A stretch of 64,000 nucleotides of DNA from Vulcanimicrobiota bacterium (lineage in GTDB: Bacteria > Vulcanimicrobiota > Xenobia > Xenobiales > JADMJV01): the NCBI GenBank assembly GCA_050250895.1, contig JBFWNU010000001.1:2214210-2278209 (forward strand). Reading direction: 5' to 3'. Positions 55,527 through 64,000 of this stretch are shown here, in pieces (position 1 is the first letter of the stretch; every line of letters starts with the position of its first letter). The notes below the pieces were generated by a model. The model did not search any database and was not told where the DNA came from. It saw only the letters and a program-made list of their open reading frames with translations. A program made the position numbers and the translations under genes.

Positions 55527-56234
55527 GTGCTCGAGCGTCGACCACTGGGAGAGTCCGACGAGATCGTGGCTCTGCTCTCGCCTGTGCGAGGACGCTTTGA
55601 TGCGGTGGCGCGAGGCTCTCGCAAGGCCTCCAGCCCCTGGGTAGCCAGGGTCGAGCCGTTCACTTTGCTCAGCGGCCAGTTCGCGGCCGGTCGCAAGGAC
55701 CTGGACTATTTCAATCAGGCGCGGGTGGTCAAAGCTTTTGGGGGCCTGCGCCAGTCGCTTGACAAGATGGTCTATGGTAGCTATGTGCTCAAGTTGGTGC
55801 GAGACGGCCTCGAGCAAGGCGAATCCATCCCCGAGTTCTTTCGCCTCTTGCTAGACTGGCTATCTCAGCTGGAGGAGCAAGAGCCGGGACCAAGCCTGGT
55901 TCGCTGGTTCGAATTGCGATTGGCCCGTCAGCTGGGGGTCGAGCCCCAACTAGATCGGTGCACTGGCTGCGGAAATGCCGACGTGGTGGGCTTCTCGCCG
56001 GTGGCCGGCGGGGTGGTCTGTGGCCAGTGCCGGGATCGGACCAGCCTGCGGTTAGCTCCGGGCGGGCTGGCGGCCCTGCGCTATCTTGGTCGCAGCCGTC
56101 TCGAGGCGACCACGCGGCTCCGGCTATCGCCAGCCGACGCCGGTGACCTGGAGGCCGCCCTGACCGCTCATCTTAGCGAGCACTGGCCCAGCGGGCGCCG
56201 ATTTCCACAAATTTCCAAGGAGTTGCTGTCGTGA
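55527..56234 (+). CDS. recO: DNA repair protein RecO (start codon uncertain)
   Basis: RecO N-terminal OB-fold and zinc-binding CTGCG...CGQC motif. The conserved N-terminal residues (KTEALVLERR) lie upstream of the first GTG, so the real start may be non-canonical or further upstream. Confidence 0.65.
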   Translation: MLERRPLGESDEIVALLSPVRGRFDAVARGSRKASSPWVARVEPFTLLSGQFAAGRKDLDYFNQARVVKAFGGLRQSLDKMVYGSYVLKLVRDGLEQGESIPEFFRLLLDWLSQLEEQEPGPSLVRWFELRLARQLGVEPQLDRCTGCGNADVVGFSPVAGGVVCGQCRDRTSLRLAPGGLAALRYLGRSRLEATTRLRLSPADAGDLEAALTAHLSEHWPSGRRFPQISKELLS

Positions 56235-56647
56235 GAGTGCTAGCCATCGATCCCGGCAAGAAGCGGGTGGGAGTTGCCCTGAGCGACCCCACGGGCACCC
56301 TGGCCTCTCCCCTGGTCACCCTCGAGGGTCGCGAGCAAGAGAAGCTGCTGGTCGAGATTGCCGGACTGGTCGCAGAACATGGCGTCCACCGAGTGCTGGT
56401 GGGCCATCCCAAGAACATGGATGGCTCCATCGGTCCCGCCGCCAAGGCGGCTCAGCGCCTCGCTCGGGCTTTAGAAGAACGGCTGGCGGTGCCGGTCGAG
56501 TTAGTCGATGAGCGATTGTCGTCGAGTCAAGCCAGGGTGGCCATGCGTGAGGCCGGAACCAACGCCAAGAAAGCCCGAGAGAAGGTCGATCAGATGGCGG
56601 CCGTAGTGGTGTTGCAGGCCTATCTGGAAAGGAACCGTTCGGGCTAA
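56231..56647 (+). CDS. ruvX: Holliday-junction resolvase-like RuvX/YqgF
   Basis: RVLAIDPGKKRVGVALSDP... is the YqgF RNase H-like fold. It overlaps the recO stop by 4 nt. Confidence 0.8.
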   Translation: MRVLAIDPGKKRVGVALSDPTGTLASPLVTLEGREQEKLLVEIAGLVAEHGVHRVLVGHPKNMDGSIGPAAKAAQRLARALEERLAVPVELVDERLSSSQARVAMREAGTNAKKAREKVDQMAAVVVLQAYLERNRSG

Positions 56648-56664
56648 AGGCGAACGCGGCCCAG

Positions 56665-57672
56665 GTGAAGGTCCTTCTCAACCTTTTCAAGGTCGGGTGT
56701 CTGCTTTTTATCGTTCTCTCGTGCGCTGCCATGTGGCTGCTTTATCAGTCGATCGTGCCGGCTGACGGCGAAGGAACCAGGCCGGCCCTCGTGTTCGAGG
56801 TGCGCGAAGGCGCCTCGGGCAAGGTGATCGCCGAGGAACTCGAGCAGAAAAAGGTGATCCGGTCAGCCATGGCCTTCCGCCTTTTGCTGCGCTACAAAGG
56901 CGATCAGGGCGTGCTGAAAACCGGCTATTACGAAGTCGACCCCAAGTTGCCCACCCTGAAGGTGTTCGAGCAGCTGGTCAAAGGGAAGACTCTTACTCGC
57001 AAGGCCACCGTTCCCGAGGGGCTGACCATGGCCCAGACGGCCGAATCGCTCGAAAAGCAAGACATCGCCCCCGCCCAGGAAGTGTGGGCTGCCGCCAATG
57101 CAGGTGGCAATCGCTACGGCAAAATCTATCCGGACAACCTCGAGGGCTACCTCTTTCCCAATACTTACGAGTTCCCATACCAGTCCGACGGCGAGGCGGC
57201 CGTGCGCACGATGCTGGCCCTTTTCGAGGCCGAGATCTTGCCGATGTGGGAAAAATCCAAGGGAAAAACGGGATTGGACCTTCATCAGACCATCATCCTC
57301 GCCTCGCTGGTCGAACGCGAGGCCCAGGTCGCTTCAGAGAGACCGCTGATCGCTGGCGTCTACCTCAATCGCATCAAAAAGGACATGTTGTTGCAATGTG
57401 ACGCCACCGTTCAGTTTGCTCTGGGCAAGCCCCGAGCCGTGCTGACTTATCAAGATCTCGAAGTGCGCTCTCCTTACAATACGTATCTCTACAAAGGTCT
57501 GCCCCCGGGTCCGATCGCCAGTCCCGGCAAGGCTTCCATCGAGGCGGCCATGAATCCGAAATCGTCGAACTATCTCTTTTACGTACGCAACGACGTCAAA
57601 GGGGATGGGAGCCACGTATTCACCACCAATTACGCGGAGCACCAACGAGCCATTGACAAGTATCAGCGTTAA
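56665..57672 (+). CDS. mltG: Endolytic murein transglycosylase MltG (YceG family)
   Basis: N-terminal TM, a LysM-like region, and the YceG catalytic domain ([10 protein letters not shown]...ASLVEREA). Confidence 0.75.
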   Translation: MKVLLNLFKVGCLLFIVLSCAAMWLLYQSIVPADGEGTRPALVFEVREGASGKVIAEELEQKKVIRSAMAFRLLLRYKGDQGVLKTGYYEVDPKLPTLKVFEQLVKGKTLTRKATVPEGLTMAQTAESLEKQDIAPAQEVWAAANAGGNRYGKIYPDNLEGYLFPNTYEFPYQSDGEAAVRTMLALFEAEILPMWEKSKGKTGLDLHQTIILASLVEREAQVASERPLIAGVYLNRIKKDMLLQCDATVQFALGKPRAVLTYQDLEVRSPYNTYLYKGLPPGPIASPGKASIEAAMNPKSSNYLFYVRNDVKGDGSHVFTTNYAEHQRAIDKYQR

Positions 57673-58309
57673 CAAACCCCTGGTCATCGGGGTGGCCGGG
57701 GGCACCGGCAGTGGCAAAACCACCGTGGCCAGAAGCCTGGTCGAGATCTTCGTTCACCGACCGATCGTCCTGATTCCCCAGGATGCCTACTATCGTGACC
57801 AGAGCCACCTGAGCGCAAGCGAGCGTGCCGAGACCAACTATGACCATCCTCTGGCTTTCGACAACGACCTGCTGGTGGAGCACCTCGATGCGCTCTGTCG
57901 CGGCGAGTCGGTCAACCAACCCGTCTACAATTTCGTGACCCACACGCGCGCGGTCGAGGTCAAACGGGTGGATCCCGCCCCCATTCTCGTGGTCGAAGGC
58001 ATTCTCGTGCTTGAGGAAGAGCGTTTGCGTCAACGCATGGACATCAAGGTGTATGTCGATACCGACTCGGACGAGCGCTTCATCCGCCGGTTGGGACGAG
58101 ACATGCTCGAGCGTGGCCGCTCGGTGGAATCGATCGTCGATCAATACCTGAACTCTGTTCGTCCCATGCACCTGCAATTCGTCGAGCCGACCAAGCGCTA
58201 TGCTGATCTGATCATCCCCGAGGGGGGGGCAAATTTGGTGGCCATCGACCTGCTAGCGGTCAAGATCCGTTCGACCCTCGATCAACAGGCGCCGGCTAAC
58301 GCCTCTTGA
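57605..58309 (+). CDS. udk: Uridine kinase
   Basis: P-loop [14 protein letters not shown], and [10 protein letters not shown]. The true start is probably the TTG at 57653, because the track start overlaps mltG. Confidence 0.7.
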   Translation: MGATYSPPITRSTNEPLTSISVNKPLVIGVAGGTGSGKTTVARSLVEIFVHRPIVLIPQDAYYRDQSHLSASERAETNYDHPLAFDNDLLVEHLDALCRGESVNQPVYNFVTHTRAVEVKRVDPAPILVVEGILVLEEERLRQRMDIKVYVDTDSDERFIRRLGRDMLERGRSVESIVDQYLNSVRPMHLQFVEPTKRYADLIIPEGGANLVAIDLLAVKIRSTLDQQAPANAS

Positions 58310-58445
58310 GGCGGTGGTAAAGGAGTTTCTCTGAAGGCGTGGAACCTTAATCGTGGTGCGGGCCTACCACCTTTCGGCTCATTTTTTGTGCTCTTTTGGC
58401 GTTACGCCAGGGGCGAATCCCGGTTTTGGACGGAGTGAATCATAG

Positions 58446-60179
58446 ATGATCGCGAGCTCTAAAGAAGATCTTGGAAAACTTCTGATTGAAGAGGGGCTAG
58501 TAACACAAAGGCAACTGGATAAAGCGATTGCCAAAGCGGAAGCTTCTGGCGACGCGCTCCAGAAGGTCCTCATTTCGATGGGGTTCGTTACCGAGAAGGA
58601 TGTGGTTGAGACTCTCGGTGTCCAGATGGGCGTCAAGTTCGTCGACCTGGATGAAACTCACCTCGACCCCGAACTCGCGCGTTCGGTGCCCGAGCATCTG
58701 GCGCAGCGCTATAAGGTCATTCCGGTGGCTCAAAACGACAACCGGTTGACGCTGGCGATGGTTGACCCGCTCAACGTTATCGCCATCGACGATATTCGTC
58801 TCATCACCGGCTTCGACATTGACCCGGTCATCGCCACTGAAGAAGGCATCATGAAGGCCATCAACGGACAATATGGCGTCACCGACCTGGTCGAGGTGGA
58901 AGAAACGGTGAAGGACATCTCCGCCCAAGACTTCGGTCCCCTCGAGTTCGAGGACGATATGGACGAAGAGATCGCCCTCGACAAGCTTAAAGAGTTGGTC
59001 GACGAGGCTCCCATCGTGCGCGTCGTCAACCTGATTATCTCTCAGGCTATCAACGACAAAGCCTCGGATATTCACATCGAGCCCGAGGCCAAGTCGGTGC
59101 GTGTGCGTTATCGAGTCGACGGCGTGCTGCACGACGTGATGAGCCCGCCCAAGCATATTCAGGCCCCGATGGTCAGCCGCATCAAGATTATGGCCAACAT
59201 GGATATCGCTGAGCGGCGTGTTCCTCAAGACGGCAAGATCCACTTGACTCACGACGGGCGCGAGTTCGACCTTCGTGTCTCGACCATCCCCACCGTCCAC
59301 GGCGAGAAGACGGTCATGCGTATTCTCGACAAGAGTTCGGTTATGTTGGGTCTCAATAAGCTGGGCTTCGCCGATGACAACCTGCAGCTTTGGGAGTCGG
59401 TGGTCGAAAAGCCCTACGGCATGATCCTGGTGACCGGTCCGACCGGTTCGGGTAAGTCGACCACTCTCTACTCGTGCTTGAACAAGCTCAATAGCGGCGA
59501 CAAGAACATCATCACCTGCGAAGACCCGGTCGAGTATCAGATTCCGGGGATCAACCAGGTGCAGACCAACAATAAGGCCGGTTTGACCTTTGCCACGGCA
59601 CTGAAGTCCTTCTTGCGTCAAGACCCCGACATCATCATGGTCGGTGAGATTCGTGACGGTGAAACGGCGAAAATCGCGGTAGAGGCCGCGCTCACCGGTC
59701 ACCTTGTGCTCTCGACGCTGCACACCAACGACTCTTCCGGCGCTATCTCGCGTCTGGTCGAGATGGGGGTAGAGCCGTTCCTGGTGGCTTCGGCGCTCAT
59801 CGGCGTTCTAGCCCAGCGGCTGGCTCGTTGTATCTGCCCCAACTGCAAAGAGAGCTTCACTCCGCCGGTCGAGGCTGTCCGCAAGTTCGGAATGGCGATG
59901 TTCGGTGACTCTGATATCCAGTTCTACCGCGGCCGTGGCTGCGACCACTGCAAGATGACTGGCTATCGTGGCCGAACCGGCATTCACGAAGTCTTCACCC
60001 TGTCTGACCGAATTCGTGGGTTGATCCTCAACCGCGCTTCTTCGGCCGAGATCCGACAAGCCGCTATCGAGGAAGGAATGAAGACCATGCAGGACGATGG
60101 TTTACGTAAGACCCTCGGCGGCACGACGACGATGGAAGAGTGTCTCCGCGTCGTCTACATCGAGGGTGGCGAACTCTAG
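58446..60179 (+). CDS. pilB: Type IV pilus assembly ATPase PilB with MshEN-type N-terminal domain
   Basis: GspE-family Walker A GPTGSGKST, a tetracysteine motif CPNC...CDHC, and N-terminal tandem motifs DLGKLLIEEGLVTQRQLDKAI and LISMGFVTEKDVVETLGVQ. Confidence 0.85.
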   Translation: MIASSKEDLGKLLIEEGLVTQRQLDKAIAKAEASGDALQKVLISMGFVTEKDVVETLGVQMGVKFVDLDETHLDPELARSVPEHLAQRYKVIPVAQNDNRLTLAMVDPLNVIAIDDIRLITGFDIDPVIATEEGIMKAINGQYGVTDLVEVEETVKDISAQDFGPLEFEDDMDEEIALDKLKELVDEAPIVRVVNLIISQAINDKASDIHIEPEAKSVRVRYRVDGVLHDVMSPPKHIQAPMVSRIKIMANMDIAERRVPQDGKIHLTHDGREFDLRVSTIPTVHGEKTVMRILDKSSVMLGLNKLGFADDNLQLWESVVEKPYGMILVTGPTGSGKSTTLYSCLNKLNSGDKNIITCEDPVEYQIPGINQVQTNNKAGLTFATALKSFLRQDPDIIMVGEIRDGETAKIAVEAALTGHLVLSTLHTNDSSGAISRLVEMGVEPFLVASALIGVLAQRLARCICPNCKESFTPPVEAVRKFGMAMFGDSDIQFYRGRGCDHCKMTGYRGRTGIHEVFTLSDRIRGLILNRASSAEIRQAAIEEGMKTMQDDGLRKTLGGTTTMEECLRVVYIEGGEL

Positions 60180-60195
60180 AAGGAGACTTGACTAA

Positions 60196-61287
60196 ATGGC
60201 CCTAGCACAACCACTGAGATTCACCATGGATGACCTGCTTCGCACCACCGTGGAACGCGGAGCTTCGGACCTCCATTTAACGGTGGGTCTCCCGCCCGTG
60301 CTGAGAATCAACGGAAAACTCATTCCGACGGAGTATCCGCGGTTGGCTCCCGAAGAGTCCAAGCGGCTAGTCTACAGTATTCTCAATGACAAGCAGAAAG
60401 AGAAGTTCGAGAAGACCTGGGAGTTGGATTGCTCTCACGGTGTGCGCGGCTTCGGGCGCTTCCGCGTCAACGTCTTTCGCCAAAGAGGTGTGGTAGGGGC
60501 CTGTCTGCGGGCTATTTCTAGCACGGTGGCCACGAGAGAAGAGTTGCATCTGCCTCAGGTCATCGAAGATATCGTCCATCGACCCCATGGTCTGATTCTG
60601 GTGACCGGGGCTACCGGCGCCGGAAAGTCGACCTCTCTCGCCTGTATGATCGATCTGATCAACCGCGAGAAGACCTTCCATATCATCACCATCGAAGACC
60701 CGATCGAGTACATTCACCCGCACAAGAAGTCGATGATCAATCAGCGCGAGGTCGGCCAGGACACTCTGAGCTGGGCCAACGCTCTGCGCGGCTCCCTGCG
60801 TGAGGATCCCGATGTCATCCTGATCGGTGAGATGCGCGACCAGGACACGATCTCTGGGACACTCACGGCGGCCGAAACCGGCCATCTGGTGTTCTCGACT
60901 TTGCATACTTCCGACGCCGCCCAGACGGTCGACCGTATCGTCGATGTCTTTCCTCCGCACCACCAACAACAGATTCGAGTTCAGTTGTCGAGCGTGCTGG
61001 AAGCGGTGTTCTCTCAGCAACTAATACCACATGCCTCCGGTGTCGGCCGCGTTCCTGCCGTCGAGGTCCTGATCGCGACGCCGGCCATGCGAAACCTCAT
61101 CCGAGAGGGAAAAACGCAACAGATCTATAATGCAATTCAGACTGGCTCAAAGCACGGAATGCAGACAATGGAGCAATCCCTGCTCGAGCTGGTAAACCGT
61201 AAGATGATCACGCAGGAAGAAGCGATGTCTTCGACAATGCATGTAGATGATCTAAAACGGATGCTCGAGGGAGGCCGGAAAGGGTAA
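60196..61287 (+). CDS. pilT: Twitching-motility ATPase PilT
   Basis: Walker A GATGAGKST, plus the Asp-box and His-box characteristic of PilT. Confidence 0.85.
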   Translation: MALAQPLRFTMDDLLRTTVERGASDLHLTVGLPPVLRINGKLIPTEYPRLAPEESKRLVYSILNDKQKEKFEKTWELDCSHGVRGFGRFRVNVFRQRGVVGACLRAISSTVATREELHLPQVIEDIVHRPHGLILVTGATGAGKSTSLACMIDLINREKTFHIITIEDPIEYIHPHKKSMINQREVGQDTLSWANALRGSLREDPDVILIGEMRDQDTISGTLTAAETGHLVFSTLHTSDAAQTVDRIVDVFPPHHQQQIRVQLSSVLEAVFSQQLIPHASGVGRVPAVEVLIATPAMRNLIREGKTQQIYNAIQTGSKHGMQTMEQSLLELVNRKMITQEEAMSSTMHVDDLKRMLEGGRKG

Positions 61288-61323
61288 TACCGATCCGGTT
61301 ACGAATCGATCAAAGAACGGAGG

Positions 61324-61389
61324 TAGACTGTCATGAATATGGTTTGGTGGCTTGTTCCGCTAGCTATTCTTATTGCCGGACATCTCACT
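61324..61389 (+). CDS. Candidate small ORF (21 aa hydrophobic peptide)
   Basis: ATG..TAA encoding MNMVWWLVPLAILIAGHLTAL, preceded by GGAGG at -10. It lies in the pilT-pilC intergenic region. Confidence 0.2.
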
Positions 61390-61457
61390 GCCCTGTAAGA
61401 TACAAGGGCCAATGAGGGACCGCTAGAAGACTTACACTGTTTGGAGGTTGGGGTCGG

Positions 61458-62684
61458 ATGCCTGTTTTTCAGTACGAGGCGCGTGATGCGACCGGCCAGC
61501 TACGCAAAGATACTATAGAAGCTCAGAATGTGCGAATGGCGACTCAGCGTCTGCAAGAGCAGAAGATGACCGTCATCCACATCAAGGAGAAAGCTGGTGG
61601 CGCGGGCGATACCAGCATCATGGCTTGGCTCGACAAGATCAAGAAGGTCAACGAGCAGGCGCTTACGGTGTTCAGCCGTCAGTTCGCCACCATGATCAAC
61701 GCTGGTCTCGCGATGGTCCGCTGTCTGGATATCCTCTCCGAACAGACCGAGGATAAAAAGCTCCAGGCAACGTTGGTTCAGGTGCGAAGAGACGTCGAGG
61801 GTGGTTCCACTCTGTCGAATGCTCTCGCCAAACATCCGAGCGTGTTCTCCACGCTCTATATCAGTATGGTAAAAGCCGGCGAGATGGGCGGTGTACTCGA
61901 CGAAGTGCTCGAGCGTCTAGCTGGCTTTATGGAAAAAGATTTCGGTCTCAAGAAGAAGGTGAAGTCGGCACTCACCTATCCGGTCGTCATCCTGGTGATG
62001 GCCCTCGGTATCGTGTTCTTCTTGGTGACCTACATTTTGCCGACCTTCGTCCAGTTGTTCGAAGGTATGAGCCTGACGTTGCCCCTGCCGACCCGAATTC
62101 TCATCGGCATCACCAAGGGCGCGCGAAATCCCTACGTAATGGGCCCGGTTCTGATTCTGGTCATCGGTGGCGTTGTATTGCTCAATCGCTATGTCCAGAC
62201 CCCGACGGGTAAGAAGCAGTATGACCTGCTCAAGCTGAACATCCCGGTTTTCGGGTTGCTCAATAAGAAGGTGGCCATCTCTCGCTTCTGTCGCACCCTG
62301 GGCACGCTGCTCAGTTCCGGTGTGCCGATTATGCAGGCCCTCGAGATCGTCGGTAAGGCTTCCGGTAACGAGATTATCGCGATGACCGTCACCAAGATTC
62401 GTGAGAGTATCCGCGAAGGCGAGAGTATCGCTTCGCCGCTCGGCGCGAGCGGTATGTTCCCTCCGATGGTGACGCAAATGGTCGCGGTCGGCGAAGAGAC
62501 CGGTAACCTCGACGCGATGCTCGGAAAGATCTCCGACTTCTACGACACCGAGGTAGAGTATCTACTCGCCTCGCTGACCTCGATGCTCGAACCGATCATG
62601 ATCGTCGGAATGGGTGGAATCGTCGGTTTTATCGTGATCTCCGTCTTCCTCCCGCTGTATCAGTTGATCGGCAACCTGGGATAG
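61458..62684 (+). CDS. pilC: Type IV pilus inner-membrane platform protein PilC (GspF family)
   Basis: Two GspF repeats with 3 TM segments; the typical PilC N-terminus MPVFQYEARDATGQ. Confidence 0.85.
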   Translation: MPVFQYEARDATGQLRKDTIEAQNVRMATQRLQEQKMTVIHIKEKAGGAGDTSIMAWLDKIKKVNEQALTVFSRQFATMINAGLAMVRCLDILSEQTEDKKLQATLVQVRRDVEGGSTLSNALAKHPSVFSTLYISMVKAGEMGGVLDEVLERLAGFMEKDFGLKKKVKSALTYPVVILVMALGIVFFLVTYILPTFVQLFEGMSLTLPLPTRILIGITKGARNPYVMGPVLILVIGGVVLLNRYVQTPTGKKQYDLLKLNIPVFGLLNKKVAISRFCRTLGTLLSSGVPIMQALEIVGKASGNEIIAMTVTKIRESIREGESIASPLGASGMFPPMVTQMVAVGEETGNLDAMLGKISDFYDTEVEYLLASLTSMLEPIMIVGMGGIVGFIVISVFLPLYQLIGNLG

Positions 62685-62725
62685 TGAATGAGGAACAAAA
62701 CCTCTACAAGCAGGTAAGCTAAGGG

Positions 62726-62760
62726 GACAGGGGTCCACGGACCCCTGTCTTTCTGCGTTT
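62726..62760 (+). terminator. Rho-independent terminator after pilC
   Basis: GACAGGGGTC-cacg-GACCCCTGTC followed by TTTCTGCGTTT. Confidence 0.6.
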
Positions 62761-63558
62761 ATGAGAGCAGAACAAGCCTCTATAGAACGGGAATTGGAGG
62801 TGGCGCCAGGCGCCACTGACGATTCTCGTTCTCTTGATGCCGACGAAGAAGAAGAAGGCTTTCGTCGACTCCGCGAGACCGGCGACCGCCGCTTGCGTGA
62901 GGCCCTTGTTGTCAAGCACCTCAGCCTGGTGCCCGGTATCGTGAAGAAGTATCGGGGTCGAGCCGAGTGGGAGGATCTCATCCAGGTTGGCTACGTGGGG
63001 CTGCTCAAGGCTATCGACGGTTTCGAGCTGGGCCGCAACGCCCGCTTTGCCACCTACGCCACTCACTGTATACACGGTGAGTTGCGCCACTACCTGAGGG
63101 ATCGGGTGGACATGATCCGCCGACCTCGCTGGCTGACGCAGCTGTCGCGCCAGGTAGCGGCCTTCATCGAGCGCCATCTGCACGAAGAGCACCGGCTGCC
63201 CAGTTTCGCCGAGATCTCGTCCCAGCTCAACATTTCCGAGGACGGCGTGATCGAGTTGCTCAAAGCCCGTTCTCCGGCTTCGCTGGACCGTGAGCCCGAG
63301 GCCGGCATTGCAGTCGAGAAGATCCGGCGCAAGCGCTACGAGACATTTCGTCTGCCGGTCGAGGACCGCATCATTCTGCTTCAGTCACTTGAGCGTTTGA
63401 AAGATCTTGAACGCCGAATTATTTATCTATTTTTCTATAAAGACCTAACCCAGCGCCAGATTGCAGGAGAGCTGGATTTGTCCCCGAAAAAGGTTTCTCG
63501 CGTTATGCAAAAGGGTCTTGAGCGTCTCAAGGAGATTCTCAATACCGAGATCTTTTGA
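62761..63558 (+). CDS. RNA polymerase sigma factor, sigma-70 family group 3 (FliA/SigB-like)
   Basis: Region 2 (DLIQVGYVGLLKAIDGFELGRNARFATYATHCIHGEL) and region 4 HTH (LTQRQIAGELDLSPKKVSRVMQKGLERLK). Confidence 0.7.
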   Translation: MRAEQASIERELEVAPGATDDSRSLDADEEEEGFRRLRETGDRRLREALVVKHLSLVPGIVKKYRGRAEWEDLIQVGYVGLLKAIDGFELGRNARFATYATHCIHGELRHYLRDRVDMIRRPRWLTQLSRQVAAFIERHLHEEHRLPSFAEISSQLNISEDGVIELLKARSPASLDREPEAGIAVEKIRRKRYETFRLPVEDRIILLQSLERLKDLERRIIYLFFYKDLTQRQIAGELDLSPKKVSRVMQKGLERLKEILNTEIF

Positions 63559-63635
63559 AGGAACATGTGTTCCCTGGTAAGAAAGTGCTAGGGAAAATCT
63601 CGGCCACGGGGTGTCCGAAACCAAATCCGTTGGGT

Positions 63636-63645
63636 ATAATCCATA
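63636..63645 (+). promoter_or_regulatory. Candidate -10 element (TGGGTATAAT) upstream of pilA
   Basis: A perfect TATAAT hexamer ~70 nt upstream of the pilin ATG; the pilin RBS AGGAGGA lies at 63701-63707. Confidence 0.3.
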
Positions 63646-63714
63646 GCGGATAAGCCGGAAGGGGCGACCCCCGGCAGACAAAGATCTCAGAAATAGGGAG
63701 AGGAGGAAGCAGTA

Positions 63715-64000
63715 ATGCTTCACAAGGTACGAAGCGGGAAGGGCGGATTTACGCTCATCGAGCTGATGATCGTTATCGCAATTATCGCTATCCTGGCGGC
63801 CATTTTGGTCCCGAACTTCATCCGCGCCCGCGCTCAAGGTCAACTTACAGCCTGTAAGTCAAACCTCAAGAACATCGGTACGGCTCTGGAAATGTATTCC
63901 ACCGACTGGTCGGGCCGTTACCCGACCACCGGCTCGATCGTGCTGATCACGCCGAACTACCTGAAGACCGTTCCGACCTGTCCGTCGGCCGGTTCGAACA
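63715..64000 (+). CDS. pilA: Type IVa major pilin PilA (3' end outside window)
   Basis: MLHKVRSGKGGFTLIELMIVIAIIAILAAILVPNF is a class III signal peptide with the G^FTLIE cleavage site and Glu5. Confidence 0.85.
   Translation, partial: MLHKVRSGKGGFTLIELMIVIAIIAILAAILVPNFIRARAQGQLTACKSNLKNIGTALEMYSTDWSGRYPTTGSIVLITPNYLKTVPTCPSAGSN

Noticed and set aside
58310-58445. Possible sigma-54 promoter upstream of pilB
   Set aside because: No convincing GG-N10-GC element was found by eye. The region is only modestly AT-enriched.

Overview
High-GC (~65-70%) bacterial chromosomal window, probably from a Myxococcota-like deltaproteobacterium (low-confidence guess based on GC content, a type IVa pilus system, dense two-component and c-di-GMP signalling, and a microcompartment). 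Main contents: (i) a VTC-domain / DUF4956 / CotH kinase-like triad (1.4-4.4 kb). (ii) A tRNA-Leu(CAA) and housekeeping genes (5'-3' exonuclease, M20 peptidase, DHH phosphoesterase). (iii) A large sensory island (10.5-30 kb) containing a ~14-kb tightly coupled minus-strand chemosensory operon: MCP, two REC-histidine kinases, CheB, CheA-REC, CheW, CheR-TPR, a second CheW, REC, a REC-HK-REC-HK hybrid, and a REC-HD-GYP gene broken by a frameshift in a C7 homopolymer, plus a REC-REC-HD-GYP protein and further kinases. (iv) An unmistakable homolog of the eukaryotic major vault protein (810 aa), preceded by a ~650-bp hierarchically organised tandem-repeat region. (v) A KAS III-like / methyltransferase / tyrosine phosphatase / L,D-transpeptidase / SDR / AsnB / VOC cluster. 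(vi) A secreted S8 subtilase, an HTTM-domain membrane protein, a tandem-PilZ protein and a class A beta-lactamase-like hydrolase. (vii) A compact sugar-phosphate-utilising (SPU/DeoC-type) bacterial microcompartment locus (1 BMC-H, 3 BMC-P, acylating aldehyde dehydrogenase, RpiB, DeoC, unknown cargo) that appears inserted into the conserved era-recO operon, with a near-perfect 130-bp x3.3 tandem repeat at the junction. (viii) ruvX-mltG-udk followed by a type IV pilus cluster (pilB with an MshEN-type c-di-GMP-binding N-terminus, pilT, pilC, a sigma-70-family factor, pilA truncated at the window end). Many long ORFs in the six-frame track on the opposite strand of these genes are GC-skew shadow ORFs and were not called.
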